Assembly: GCA_963663275.1 (NCBI GenBank)
Contig: OY760183.1
Span: 2,400,001 to 2,464,000 of the forward strand
Length of the DNA stretch: 64,000 bases
Reading direction: 5' to 3'
Source: Chloroflexota bacterium
GTDB lineage: Bacteria; Chloroflexota; UBA11872; VXOZ01
This document shows, piece after piece, positions 39,229 through 49,220 of the stretch. The position numbers and the translations under genes are program-made. Every line of letters starts with the position of its first letter. Position 1 is the stretch's first letter. The notes under the pieces are model-generated. The model ran no database searches. It was given only the letters and a program-made list of their open reading frames with translations, and was not told the DNA's origin.

Positions 39229-40236
39229 ATGCAGTTCAAGGACTACTACAAGGTACTGGGCGTCTCGCCTAAGTCTTCCTCAAAACAGATCAAGGAGACG
39301 TACCGGCGTCTGGCCCGCAAGTACCACCCGGACGTGAACCCGGGCGACGCCGGGGCCGAGGAACGCTTCAAGGAAATCAACGAAGCGTACGAGGCGCTGC
39401 GGGACGAGAAGAAGCGGGCGCGCTACGACCAGGCGCGCGCCGCCCACCGCTCCGGACGCTCCTGGCAGACGCAGGCGGGCACGGGCGGCGGCTTTCCCTT
39501 TGACCTGGGCGGTCTGGGCGGCCTGGATTTTGAAAACATTGGCCGCGGCAACGCCCGCTCCGGCGGCTTCTCCGATTTCTTCGAGTCGCTCTTTGGACGC
39601 ACGCAGCAACCGGGAGAGCAACAGGGACGGGACCTGGAACAGGAAGTAGAGGTCGCCTTGGCCGAAGCCTATACCGGCACGTTGCGTACGTTCAATTTAC
39701 AGGTGCCGGGAACGTGCCCCGCTTGCGGCGGCGCCGGGCACGACGGCGCAACCGTGTGCACGATGTGCCGGGGCAGCGGCAGCCGCTTGCGGCAACGGCG
39801 GCTGGAGGTGAAGATCCCGGCCGGCGTGCGCGCCGGCTCCCGCATCCGCGTCGCCGGTGAAGGACACCCCGGCAGAAACGGGCAACGCGGCGACCTCTAT
39901 CTCGTCGTCGCGATCGCGCCGGATCCGCGCTTCGAGTTGCGGTCCGATGACTTGCACGTGGACGTGCAGGTGGATCTCGTGGACGCGGTGCTGGGCGCAG
40001 AGGTCCAAGCGCCGCTCCCCGACGGCAAGAGCGTCGTCATGCGCATACCCGCCGAAACGCCCAACGGGCAAGTTTTCCGCCTGGCCGGCCAAGGAATGCC
40101 GCGCTTGAAGAGCCAGGCGCGGGGCAGCCTGTTCGCGCGGGTGCAGGTGCGCCTGCCCAAGGGGCTGACGGCCCGCGAAAGAGAACTCTTCGCCGAACTG
40201 GCGCAACTGCGCAAAGGCAGCCCGGTTACGGCCTAG
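39229..40236 (+). CDS. dnaJ: DnaJ-class co-chaperone (CbpA-like, two CxxCxGxG repeats)
   Basis: KDYYKVLGV, HPD, G/F region, CPACGGAG and CTMCRGSG, VKIPAGV. Confidence 0.88.
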   Translation: MQFKDYYKVLGVSPKSSSKQIKETYRRLARKYHPDVNPGDAGAEERFKEINEAYEALRDEKKRARYDQARAAHRSGRSWQTQAGTGGGFPFDLGGLGGLDFENIGRGNARSGGFSDFFESLFGRTQQPGEQQGRDLEQEVEVALAEAYTGTLRTFNLQVPGTCPACGGAGHDGATVCTMCRGSGSRLRQRRLEVKIPAGVRAGSRIRVAGEGHPGRNGQRGDLYLVVAIAPDPRFELRSDDLHVDVQVDLVDAVLGAEVQAPLPDGKSVVMRIPAETPNGQVFRLAGQGMPRLKSQARGSLFARVQVRLPKGLTARERELFAELAQLRKGSPVTA

Positions 40237-40286
40237 GCCGCCGATAGAGAGAACGCTGAGCCTCACCGGGGAAACAGAGGACAACC

Positions 40287-40658
40287 ATGAACATACGCTT
40301 CAAGAGCGAGGGTCCGTTCTTTGCCATCGGCGTTGTGGCCGCGGAACTGCGCGTTCATCCCCAGACGCTGCGGCACTATGAGCGCCTGGGATTGGTCAAG
40401 CCCCGCCGTTCCAAGGGCAACGTCCGGCTTTACTCACAGGCCGACTTGGAGCGAATGGAGCAGATTCAGCGCCTCGTCAACGATCTGGGCGTCAATCTCG
40501 CCGGCGTGGAAGTGATATTGAATCTCACCGAGCGCATGGAGCGGCTCCAGCAAGAGATGGATGAGAAGCTCGACGCGCAGCGCGAGCAGTACGAAGCGGA
40601 GATTGCGCGCCTCAAGGGACTGCTGCAACGAGTGACTCAAAACTACCAGGATATGTAG
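40287..40658 (+). CDS. hspR: Heat-shock repressor HspR (MerR family)
   Basis: IGVVAAELRVHPQTLRHYERLGLV.P.R, GVNLAGVEVIL. Confidence 0.92.
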   Translation: MNIRFKSEGPFFAIGVVAAELRVHPQTLRHYERLGLVKPRRSKGNVRLYSQADLERMEQIQRLVNDLGVNLAGVEVILNLTERMERLQQEMDEKLDAQREQYEAEIARLKGLLQRVTQNYQDM

Positions 40659-40664
40659 GCACTG

Positions 40665-40836
40665 GGAATCCACACCGTAGCGCGGGGGCTTGTCCCCCGC
40701 TTGGGCCAAACCGCACCGCATCCGGCGCAGATGGCTTCCGGCTTCCGCCGGAATGACAGACGGAATCTACACCGTAGCGCGGGGGCTTGTCCCCCGCTCG
40801 GCACAAACCGCGCCACATCCGGCGCAGATGGCTTCC
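40665..40836. repeat. Two tandem ~75-bp units (period 97) each containing REP-A, separated by a family-C half unit
   Basis: GGAATC(C/T)ACACCGTAGCGCGGGGGCTTGTCCCCCGCT...CATCCGGCGCAGATGGCTTCC at 40665 and 40762. Confidence 0.85.
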
Positions 40837-40869
40837 TGTTTGGGAATCTTGGTATAAGGACGATGGAAC

Positions 40870-43347
40870 ATGGCGTGGAATGACCGTTTCACCACTAAGG
40901 CGCAAGAGGCTCTGGCCAAGGCCCAGGAAATAATGCTCCAGCACAATCACAATCAGCTTGACACCGAGCATATCCTGCTGGCGCTGCTGCGGCAGAGCGA
41001 TGGTCTCGTGCCCCAGATGTTGAGCGTCCTCAACGTCGATCCCGCGCAACTCGAGCAGCGTCTTGAGATGTCGCTGCGGCCGCGGCCGCAGGTATCGTTC
41101 GGCCAAAGCGGGCAGGCGTCCTACTACATCACGCCGCGCGCCCAACGCGTGTTCGATCTGGCCGGGGAAGAGGCGAGTCGCCTCAAGGATGAATACGTTG
41201 GCACGGAACACCTGCTGATTGCCATCTCCGCCGCCGAGGACGGCCACTCCCACCGCATTCTGCAGGAAGCCGGCATCGAGCGCGAGCAAATCTACCAGGC
41301 GATGGAGAAAGTGCGCGGCCAGCACCGCGTCACCGATCCGGAGGCGGAATCCAGGTACCGCATGTTGGAGCGATTCGGTCTCGACCTCACGCAATTCGCC
41401 CGTGAAGCCAAGCTCGATCCGGTCATCGGACGCGCCGACGAGATTCACCGCGTGATGCAGATCCTCTCCCGGCGCACCAAGAACAACCCCGTCCTCATGG
41501 GCGAGCCCGGCGTGGGCAAGACCGCCATCCTCGAAGGACTGGCGCAACGCGTCGAGAGCGGCGACGTGCCCGAGCAACTGCGCGACAAGCGCGTGATCGC
41601 TTTGGACATGGCCGCGCTGCTGGCGGGGGCAAAGTTCCGCGGCGAGTTCGAGGAACGTCTCAAAGGCGTGGTGGACGAGGTACAGCAGGCCAAGCGCGAG
41701 GTCATTCTCTTCATTGACGAACTCCACACGGTGGTCGGGGCCGGCGGCGCCGAGGGCGCGATCGACGCGGCGAATATCCTCAAACCCGCCCTGGCGCGCG
41801 GCGAATTGCAGGTCGTCGGCGCGACCACTCTCGACGAGTACCGCCGTCACATCGAGGAAGATTCCGCGCTGGAGCGCCGCTTCCAGCCGGTGTACGTTGA
41901 AGAACCGTCCGTCGAGGACACGATCGCCATCTTGCGCGGGCTGCGCGAGAAATATGAGAGGCACCACGGCCTGAAGATCAACGATAGCGCCGTGACAGCC
42001 GCCGCCAAGCTGTCGCAACGCTATCTCACCGAGCGCTTCTTGCCGGACAAAGCCATCGACCTCATCGACGAGGCGGCGGCCAAGGTGCGAATGGAGATTT
42101 TCAGCATGCCGGCGGACATCAAAGAGCTTGAGAAACGGCTGAAGCAGTGCGAGCAGGAAGAGGAAGCCGCCTGGCAAAGCCGCGACTACGAACGCGCCGC
42201 CACCTGCCGCACCGAGCATCTGCGCGCGCAAGAAGCGTACGATTCGGCCCGCCAGGCATGGCTTGGCAGCCAAGAGGTGCGCGAAGAGGTTAGCGCCAAG
42301 GACGTGGCGCAGGTGCTTGCAAAATGGACCGGCATTCCGGTGGCCCAACTCTTTCAAGAGGAAGCCGAAAAGCTCCTGCAGATGGAGGCGGAACTGCACA
42401 AGCGCATGGTCGGACAGGAAGAAGCGGTCGCGGCGGTTTCCGAGGCCATTCGCCGCTCCCGCTCAGGGCTGGCGAATCCCAAGCGCCCGATTGGCAGTTT
42501 CCTCTTCGTCGGCCCCACCGGCGTCGGCAAGACTGAACTGGCGCGGGCGCTGGCGGAGTTCATGTTCGACGACGAGGACGCCCTGGTGCGCATCGACATG
42601 TCCGAGTACCGGGAGCGGCACAGCGTGAGCCGGCTCATCGGCGCGCCGCCCGGCTACGTCGGCTACGAAGAGGGCGGCCAGTTGACCGAGGCCGTGCGGC
42701 GGCGGCCCTACCGGGTGGTGCTCTTCGACGAAGTCGAGAAGGCGCACACCGACGTGTTCAACACGTTGCTCCAGGTCATGGAGGACGGCCGCCTGACGGA
42801 TGGGCATGGGCACGTGGTGGACTTCCGCAACACCGTCATCATCATGACCTCCAACGTCGGCGCGAACGTACTGGGCGCCAATGGCGCGCTCGGCTTCCAA
42901 CCCGGCGGCACGGATGAAGACCGGGAAGACTTCGAAGCAACCAAATCCAAGCTGCATCGAGAATTGCGGCAGACGTTCCGGCCGGAATTTCTCAACCGCA
43001 TCGACGAAATTATCGTCTTCCACTACTTGAGCAAATCGCAGTTGCAGGACGTGGTGGAACTCATGCTGGCCGAAGTGCGGCAACGCCTGAAGGACCGCTA
43101 TGTTACTCTGGAAGTACGGCCCGCCGCCAAGGCCTGGCTGATCGAGAACGGCTACGACCACGACTACGGGGCACGCCCGTTGCGCCGGTTCGTGCAGCGC
43201 GAGATCGAGAACGCGCTTGCCAAGATGCTGCTCGGCGACAAACTGGCCGAGGGTTCGCGCGTGACGGTGGACGCGCAGGAAGACAGGCTGCGCTTCGGCG
43301 TGGACGCGCCACAGACCGCTGAGCCGGAACCGGCCGCGGTATCGTAA
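40870..43347 (+). CDS. clpC: Class I Clp/Hsp100 ATPase, ClpC-type
   Basis: Clp N repeats, GEPGVGKT and GPTGVGKT, short UVR-like M domain (..RDYERAA..), ALGF loop. Confidence 0.8.
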   Translation: MAWNDRFTTKAQEALAKAQEIMLQHNHNQLDTEHILLALLRQSDGLVPQMLSVLNVDPAQLEQRLEMSLRPRPQVSFGQSGQASYYITPRAQRVFDLAGEEASRLKDEYVGTEHLLIAISAAEDGHSHRILQEAGIEREQIYQAMEKVRGQHRVTDPEAESRYRMLERFGLDLTQFAREAKLDPVIGRADEIHRVMQILSRRTKNNPVLMGEPGVGKTAILEGLAQRVESGDVPEQLRDKRVIALDMAALLAGAKFRGEFEERLKGVVDEVQQAKREVILFIDELHTVVGAGGAEGAIDAANILKPALARGELQVVGATTLDEYRRHIEEDSALERRFQPVYVEEPSVEDTIAILRGLREKYERHHGLKINDSAVTAAAKLSQRYLTERFLPDKAIDLIDEAAAKVRMEIFSMPADIKELEKRLKQCEQEEEAAWQSRDYERAATCRTEHLRAQEAYDSARQAWLGSQEVREEVSAKDVAQVLAKWTGIPVAQLFQEEAEKLLQMEAELHKRMVGQEEAVAAVSEAIRRSRSGLANPKRPIGSFLFVGPTGVGKTELARALAEFMFDDEDALVRIDMSEYRERHSVSRLIGAPPGYVGYEEGGQLTEAVRRRPYRVVLFDEVEKAHTDVFNTLLQVMEDGRLTDGHGHVVDFRNTVIIMTSNVGANVLGANGALGFQPGGTDEDREDFEATKSKLHRELRQTFRPEFLNRIDEIIVFHYLSKSQLQDVVELMLAEVRQRLKDRYVTLEVRPAAKAWLIENGYDHDYGARPLRRFVQREIENALAKMLLGDKLAEGSRVTVDAQEDRLRFGVDAPQTAEPEPAAVS

Positions 43348-43685
43348 CTGGAAGAGTTTCGCCTACACCACAATGGTACTTTCCATTAGACTACCGAGCG
43401 AGGTGCACCTCACGCTGCCCCGTAGTTCCCGCTACCGGGGCAGTGGCACTAACGCGCTGCCCGGCGCTCCGCTCCCCGGAGACCGTAGTCCCCGCCTCTA
43501 GCGCGGCGCAGTGAGCCTGATCAAGGCCAATGACCTCATATCACACGCCCGGCATGGTCGCGGCTGCTTGGCCGTGTCCAAACTACGCCCAGGCTGGGAC
43601 TGCGGAGAGAAATGAAACAGAGAATTGCCTCGGTTGTCCTGCTTGCAATGACAACCGCTTCCCTTGATTCAAGGAGACAGATTTC

Positions 43686-45485
43686 GTGAGCGCACCCTGG
43701 AAGCGCACCCATACGTGCGGCGAGTTACGTGAAGAGCACGTCGCACAGACCGTTACGTTGAATGGCTGGGTCCACCGCCGCCGGGACCACGGCGGCATCG
43801 TCTTCATCGACCTGCGCGATCGCTACGGCATTACGCAGGTAGTCGTAGACCCCCAGGCCGCGGCGGACACGCAGGCCGCCGTCGCCCAAGTCCGCAACGA
43901 GTTCGTGCTGAGTCTCACAGGCGCGGTGCAAACGCGCCCTGAAGGCACGCGCAACGCCAGCTTGCCGACCGGCGACGTCGAAGTGCATGCGGCCTCTTTG
44001 CAGATTCTCTCGGTAACGCAGACTCCGCCGTTCGACCTCAACAACCCCGCCTTGGAGGTGGACGAATCCATCCGGCTGCGCTACCGCTACCTGGACCTGC
44101 GGCGCGAAGAGATGCAACGCGCGATGGAACTGCGGCACAAGCTGATCAAGGCCATCCGCGACTTCATGGACGCGGATGGCTTCTGGGAGATCGAGACGCC
44201 CATCCTGCTTAAGAGCACGCCCGAGGGCGCCCGCGACTACCTGGTGCCGAGCCGCGTCCATCCGGGCCGGTTCTACGCCCTGCCGCAATCGCCGCAGCAA
44301 CTCAAGCAACTGCTCATGGTCTCCGGCATGGACCGCTACTTTCAGATAGCCCGCTGCTTTCGGGATGAAGACCCGCGCGCCGACCGGCAGCCTGAGTTTA
44401 CCCAGCTTGACGTGGAAATGTCCTTCGTCGAGCGCGACGACGTCATGGGCGTGATCGAGCGCCTCTACCTGGAACTTGCGGACACGCTCAGCGGCAAAGC
44501 GGTGCAGCAGCGGCCCATTCCCCGCATCCCCTTTGCCGAGGCGATGGCAAAGTACGGCACCGACTGCCCGGACCTGCGTTTCGGCCTGGAACTGGTGGAC
44601 GTGTCGGACATTGCGAAGGAGTCTGACTTCCGCGTCTTCAAGGACGTTGTGGCCGGGGGCGGCATCGTGAAAGGCGTGCGCGCGCCGGGCTGTGCCCACT
44701 ACTCGCGCAAGCAGGTGGACGAGTTGACGAATCTCGTCCGCTCACTCGGCGGCAAAGGGATGGTGACGATTGCCCTGGAAGACGAGCAGGTGCGTTCGCC
44801 GGTCCTGCGGCACCTTGGCGAGGAGTCCACGCGGAGCATTGCCGAGGCGCTTGACGCCCAGGCGGGCGACCTCGTGCTGATCGTCGCGGACCAACCCGAC
44901 GTGGCCAACGCCGTGCTCGCGCGCCTGCGCTTGGAAATTGGCGACCGGCTCGGCCTCCGCGATCCAAACACCCTTGCCTTCTGCTGGATCGTGGACTTTC
45001 CCCTGTTCGAGTGGGACGAAGACGAGAGCCGCTGGAGCTTTGTTCACAATCCCTTCTGCGGGCCTTTTCCGGAGGATGAAGACCTCGTCACCTCTGACCC
45101 GGGCCGCGCCCGCTCGCTGCAATACGACTTGGTCTGCAACGGCTGGGAAGTCGGCGGCGGCAGCGTCCGCGCCCACAAGCGGGAACTGCTGGAGCAAATC
45201 TGGCTGACCATGGGTTACACGAAAGAGCAAATCCACGAGCAGATCGGCCACATGCTGGAAGCCTTTTCCTTTGGCGTGCCACCCCACGGCGGCATTGCCA
45301 TGGGGCTGGACCGCACCATCGCCATCTTCGCCGACGCGGAGAGCATCCGGGAGACGATTGCCTTTCCCAAGAACCAGCAGGCCGTAGACCTCATGACACA
45401 AGCGCCGTCGCCGGTCGGTGAGGCGCAACTCAGCGAGGTTCACCTAGCTCTGCGGTCGCAGGAGGAAAAGCCGATCGCGCCGTAA
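43686..45485 (+). CDS. aspS: Aspartate--tRNA ligase
   Basis: RTHTCGEL, RRDHGG, STPEGARDY, LPQSPQ, CFRDED.RADRQPEFTQLD, PPHGGIA.GLDR. Confidence 0.98.
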   Translation: MSAPWKRTHTCGELREEHVAQTVTLNGWVHRRRDHGGIVFIDLRDRYGITQVVVDPQAAADTQAAVAQVRNEFVLSLTGAVQTRPEGTRNASLPTGDVEVHAASLQILSVTQTPPFDLNNPALEVDESIRLRYRYLDLRREEMQRAMELRHKLIKAIRDFMDADGFWEIETPILLKSTPEGARDYLVPSRVHPGRFYALPQSPQQLKQLLMVSGMDRYFQIARCFRDEDPRADRQPEFTQLDVEMSFVERDDVMGVIERLYLELADTLSGKAVQQRPIPRIPFAEAMAKYGTDCPDLRFGLELVDVSDIAKESDFRVFKDVVAGGGIVKGVRAPGCAHYSRKQVDELTNLVRSLGGKGMVTIALEDEQVRSPVLRHLGEESTRSIAEALDAQAGDLVLIVADQPDVANAVLARLRLEIGDRLGLRDPNTLAFCWIVDFPLFEWDEDESRWSFVHNPFCGPFPEDEDLVTSDPGRARSLQYDLVCNGWEVGGGSVRAHKRELLEQIWLTMGYTKEQIHEQIGHMLEAFSFGVPPHGGIAMGLDRTIAIFADAESIRETIAFPKNQQAVDLMTQAPSPVGEAQLSEVHLALRSQEEKPIAP

Positions 45486-45515
45486 GCGCCCCAGCCAAGG
45501 CGAGAGACGATAGGG

Positions 45516-45551
45516 AAGCCCGTCGCCGCGACCATGCGCGGCGGCGGGCTT
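45516..45551 (+). terminator. Strong hairpin after aspS
   Basis: AAGCCCGTCGCCGCG-ACCATG-CGCGGCGGCGGGCTT 15-bp stem with one G-U. Confidence 0.55.
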
Positions 45552-45760
45552 GACCGTTCGTGAGCTTGGCGGCCGCGCCAGGCAATGGGTAGACCCCCGA
45601 CGTGGGGCAAGAAATCTGGATTCCGCAATCGCTCTCTGTTAGGCTTACTGCGTAAGCGGCCGGTTAAGTTCGTTCGTATCCGGCTTGCCGCGCAAGCGCG
45701 GGCTGCCCATCAAGCAGCGATAAGCGCGTACACGTCAGACGCACACTGGGAGGCATCCCC

Positions 45761-46585
45761 TTGAAGATTTACATAATGACCGATATGGAAGCGGTAGCAG
45801 GCGTTGTCGATTCAGGCAACTACTGTGCCAAGACCTCGCGCTATTACGAGCGGGGACGCGAACTGACGACACTGGAAACCAACGCCGCCATCGAGGCGTG
45901 CCTGGAAGCGGGCGCGACGGAAATCCTGGTCGTGGACGGGCACGGGCATGAAGCGATCGACCCGGTGCTCCTGCACCCGGAGGCCAAGCTCCTCGCCGGC
46001 CGTCCCATCGGCTACCCATTTGGCTGCGACGACAGTTTCGACGCGGCGCTCAGCATCGGCCAGCACGCGAAGTCGAACACCGACGGCGGGCACCTGGCGC
46101 ACACCGGCTCGTTCAACGTGGAAGACCTCACCATCAATGGCGTTTCAGTAGGCGAGATGGGGTGCAACTTCCTTTTCGCGTCCTATTTTGGCGTGCCGAC
46201 GATCTTCCTGAGCGGCGATCAGGCGGCCGCCGACGAGGCCAAGGCGCTGGTGCCCAACATCGAGACCGCCGCCGTGAAGGCGGGGCTGCGGCGCGGGGCG
46301 GCGGCGGGTCTTTCCGGGGACGAGAACCGGCTGTATAATGGCGCCGCGATTCACCTGCATCCCACCAAGGCCCGGCAACTCATCAAGGAAGGCACGCGGC
46401 GCGCGCTGGCGAAACGCAGTGAAATCAAACCCTTCTGGCTCGAACCGCCGTATGAGCTTGTCAGCGTGGCCCGGCCGGACGGCGATATCCCCAGTAAGAC
46501 CGCGCGGGCAACCGCCGACGACCTGCTGGAACTGCTGACGAAACCGCGCACGTATGAATTCGCCCACGCCGTACCGGCGCGTTGA
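45761..46585 (+). CDS. M55 (DppA-like) D-aminopeptidase
   Basis: KIYIMTDMEA, NAAIEA..AGA.EILVVDGHG, GQHA, LAHT, NGVSVGE, SGD. Confidence 0.9.
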   Translation: MKIYIMTDMEAVAGVVDSGNYCAKTSRYYERGRELTTLETNAAIEACLEAGATEILVVDGHGHEAIDPVLLHPEAKLLAGRPIGYPFGCDDSFDAALSIGQHAKSNTDGGHLAHTGSFNVEDLTINGVSVGEMGCNFLFASYFGVPTIFLSGDQAAADEAKALVPNIETAAVKAGLRRGAAAGLSGDENRLYNGAAIHLHPTKARQLIKEGTRRALAKRSEIKPFWLEPPYELVSVARPDGDIPSKTARATADDLLELLTKPRTYEFAHAVPAR

Positions 46586-46748
46586 CGCGCCGCGGCGAGA
46601 ACTCGCAGTCGTAGGACGCGCTCATTCTGCCTGCTGTACAATTCAAGGGTAGAAGCCGGGCGCAAGCGGCGAAATCGTTGACCCGGCGGCGTACGCGCCA
46701 GCCGGCCTCGCCGTAGCAAACGCTGCGGCGCGAATAGGGTTCAGTCTC

Positions 46749-47417
46749 ATGCTCATCCTCGTCGTGGACGACGACCGCAAGATTACCGCGCTGCTCAACC
46801 GCGCCCTGACCCATCAGGGCTATGAGGTGGTAGTGGCGCACGACGGCTTTCAGGCCATTTCGCTCGTTTCGCAGCGGCGGCCGCAACTTGTCGTTCTCGA
46901 CATCCTCATGCCGGGACTGGACGGCCTGGGCGTTTGCAAACGCATCCGCCAGGAGAGCCAGGTTCCCATCCTCATGCTCACTGCCAAGGATGAGGTCTCC
47001 GACCGTGTGGTCGGCCTGGACAGCGGGGCCGACGACTACCTGGTCAAGCCGTTCGAACTGGAGGAACTCTTTGCCCGCATTCGCGCGCTCTTGCGGCGCA
47101 GCGCGTCGCCGGACGACGAAGTGCTTCACTTCGCGGACCTCTCGCTGGATACGGCGGAACGGCGCGCCGAGCGGGACAGCCGCGTCATCGAACTCACCAC
47201 CACCGAGTACGAACTGCTCCTGCTCTTCATGCAGAATCCCCGGCGCGTTCTGCGCCGCCACCACATCATGGAGCAGGTGTGGGGGTTTGATTTCGAAGGT
47301 GAATCGAACGTGCTGGAAGTCTACGTCGGCTATTTGCGGCAAAAGCTGGAGGCCAGCGGCGCCACGCGCATCATCTACACCGTGCGCGGCGTCGGCTACG
47401 TGCTGCGCGAGACTTAA
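46749..47417 (+). CDS. OmpR-family response regulator, MprA-like
   Basis: LVVDDD, LDILMP, GADDYLVKPF, SNVLEVYVGYLRQKLE, TVRGVGYVLRET. Confidence 0.92.
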   Translation: MLILVVDDDRKITALLNRALTHQGYEVVVAHDGFQAISLVSQRRPQLVVLDILMPGLDGLGVCKRIRQESQVPILMLTAKDEVSDRVVGLDSGADDYLVKPFELEELFARIRALLRRSASPDDEVLHFADLSLDTAERRAERDSRVIELTTTEYELLLLFMQNPRRVLRRHHIMEQVWGFDFEGESNVLEVYVGYLRQKLEASGATRIIYTVRGVGYVLRET

Positions 47418-47420
47418 CCC

Positions 47421-48953
47421 ATGTCATTGCGGCTCCGACTTACGTTCCTCGCCGGGAGCGTCCTCGCGCTCACGCTCGTAGTCTACTATCTCTTCACCTA
47501 CATCCTCATCTCCCGCGCCATCTATGGTGAAGTCGACCAGGCGCTGGAAGCCCAAGTGCGCGAGGCTCTGCTCTTCACGCAAGTCCTGCCGACATCGCAA
47601 GGACTGGAAATCAGGCTGCGCCCCGAGTACAGCGATGTCTTCATCCACTCCGGCACGTTCGTGCAAGTGGTCGGCGGCGACGGCAAGGTCTTCTCGCGCT
47701 CGGCAAGTCTGAGCGACGAGCACCTGCCGCGCGGCGCCGAGGTGCTGGAGCGGGCGCGCGAGGGAGAGCCATTCATCGAAACGGCGTCGGTTCGCGGCGC
47801 CTTGCTGCGCATCTATCACCATCCCTACCTCGCCAGCGGGCGGCTGATTGGCATCCTGCAAGTGGCTCGTTCGTTGGCCGACGTAGAAGCGAGTTTGCGC
47901 CAGTTGCGCGCGATTATCCTGGTTGGCGGCGGCGCGATCGTCTTTGCGGCCATGGGACTGGCGTACATCGTCGCGCACGCCGGTCTGCTGCCGCTGGAGC
48001 GCCTGGCGCAATCCGCGCAACGCATCGGACTGACGCAAGATCTCAGCCGGCGCGTGCCGCAGGCCGGCGCCAACGATGAGGTGGGCCGCCTCGCCATGAC
48101 GTTCAACGCGATGTTGGACCGCCTGCAAGGCAGCTACGCCCGGGTCGCCGAGGCCTTGGCGGCCCAGCGCCGCCTGGTGGCCGACGTTTCCCATGAACTG
48201 CGCACGCCGCTCACGGTCATAAGCGGTAACGTGGCGCTCTTGCGCGACATTCCCGATTTGCCGCCGGAGGAGCGCAAGGCGGCGCTGGACGACATTGCCG
48301 CGGAAGCCGAACGCATGAGCCGCCTGATCTCCGACATGCTGGCGCTGGCGCGCGCCGACGCCGGCCAGACCGTGCGGCGCGAGCGGGTCGATCTCAACGC
48401 GATCGCGGCGGACGTGTGCCGCCAAGCGCCCTATTTCAACGCCATGGTCTCGGTGCGGATGCTGGCCGCCAGCGAACCCGCGTACGTGTGGGGCGATCCG
48501 GATCTGCTGCGCCAGCTGGTCTTGATTCTGATCGACAACGCGCTCAAGTATACGCCCGCCGGCGGTTCGGTTACGGTAAGCACGGCGGACTCGCGCCATG
48601 CCGCCTCCCTCACGGTGCAAGACACGGGCATCGGCATGCGCCAGGCGGACATTGCCAGCGCCTTCGATCGTTTCTACCAAGCCGACAAGGCCCGCCGGTC
48701 GGGCGGCTTCGGCCTCGGCCTTTCGATTGCCAAGTGGATTGCGGAAGCGCACGGCGCAGATCTTGACATTGAAAGCGCCCCCGGGCAGGGCACCACCGTG
48801 CGGGTCAAGCTCCATCGCAGTGTGCCTACTTCAGACGCTGTCTCCACGGCGGCAGCCGCCACGCCAGCGGCGACCGGCGCCACGCCGGCGGCTCCGACCG
48901 AAAGCAATGGCGAGAGCGCCGCCCGCGCCGATCGCACGACCCACCGCACGTAA
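47421..48953 (+). CDS. HAMP-domain sensor histidine kinase, MprB-like
   Basis: Two TMs, DEVGRLA, ADVSHELRTPL, DNALKY, DTGIG, GFGLGLSI. Confidence 0.93.
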   Translation: MSLRLRLTFLAGSVLALTLVVYYLFTYILISRAIYGEVDQALEAQVREALLFTQVLPTSQGLEIRLRPEYSDVFIHSGTFVQVVGGDGKVFSRSASLSDEHLPRGAEVLERAREGEPFIETASVRGALLRIYHHPYLASGRLIGILQVARSLADVEASLRQLRAIILVGGGAIVFAAMGLAYIVAHAGLLPLERLAQSAQRIGLTQDLSRRVPQAGANDEVGRLAMTFNAMLDRLQGSYARVAEALAAQRRLVADVSHELRTPLTVISGNVALLRDIPDLPPEERKAALDDIAAEAERMSRLISDMLALARADAGQTVRRERVDLNAIAADVCRQAPYFNAMVSVRMLAASEPAYVWGDPDLLRQLVLILIDNALKYTPAGGSVTVSTADSRHAASLTVQDTGIGMRQADIASAFDRFYQADKARRSGGFGLGLSIAKWIAEAHGADLDIESAPGQGTTVRVKLHRSVPTSDAVSTAAAATPAATGATPAAPTESNGESAARADRTTHRT

Positions 48954-49014
48954 GCCCCAAAGAACCCTCCTCACCTCGACTCGCCTCCAATTGCCTCGAC
49001 TTGCGCCCATCCAC

Positions 49015-49039
49015 CGTAGCGCGGGGGCTTGTCCCCCGC
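49015..49039. repeat. Single REP-A
   Basis: CGTAGCGCGGGGGCTTGTCCCCCGC. Confidence 0.8.
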
Positions 49040-49220
49040 ACCTTGGCGCACAGCCGGTTCGCGTTCTCCTGTTTCGATCCACACCGCCTCTTGGCGCGCA
49101 GAAAGAGCGCAATCTCAAGCGAGGCGCACAGCGCGCATCCGCGATACATCTCCTCCAGGAACTCCCCTTGCAAGGTGCGGTACACTGGTAGAAGGTGTTT
49201 GCAAGCAAGGAGGCGCGGCC

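Noticed and set aside
43348-43685. T-box riboswitch upstream of aspS
   Set aside because: No GGTGGNACC T-box motif or recognisable stem I specifier loop.
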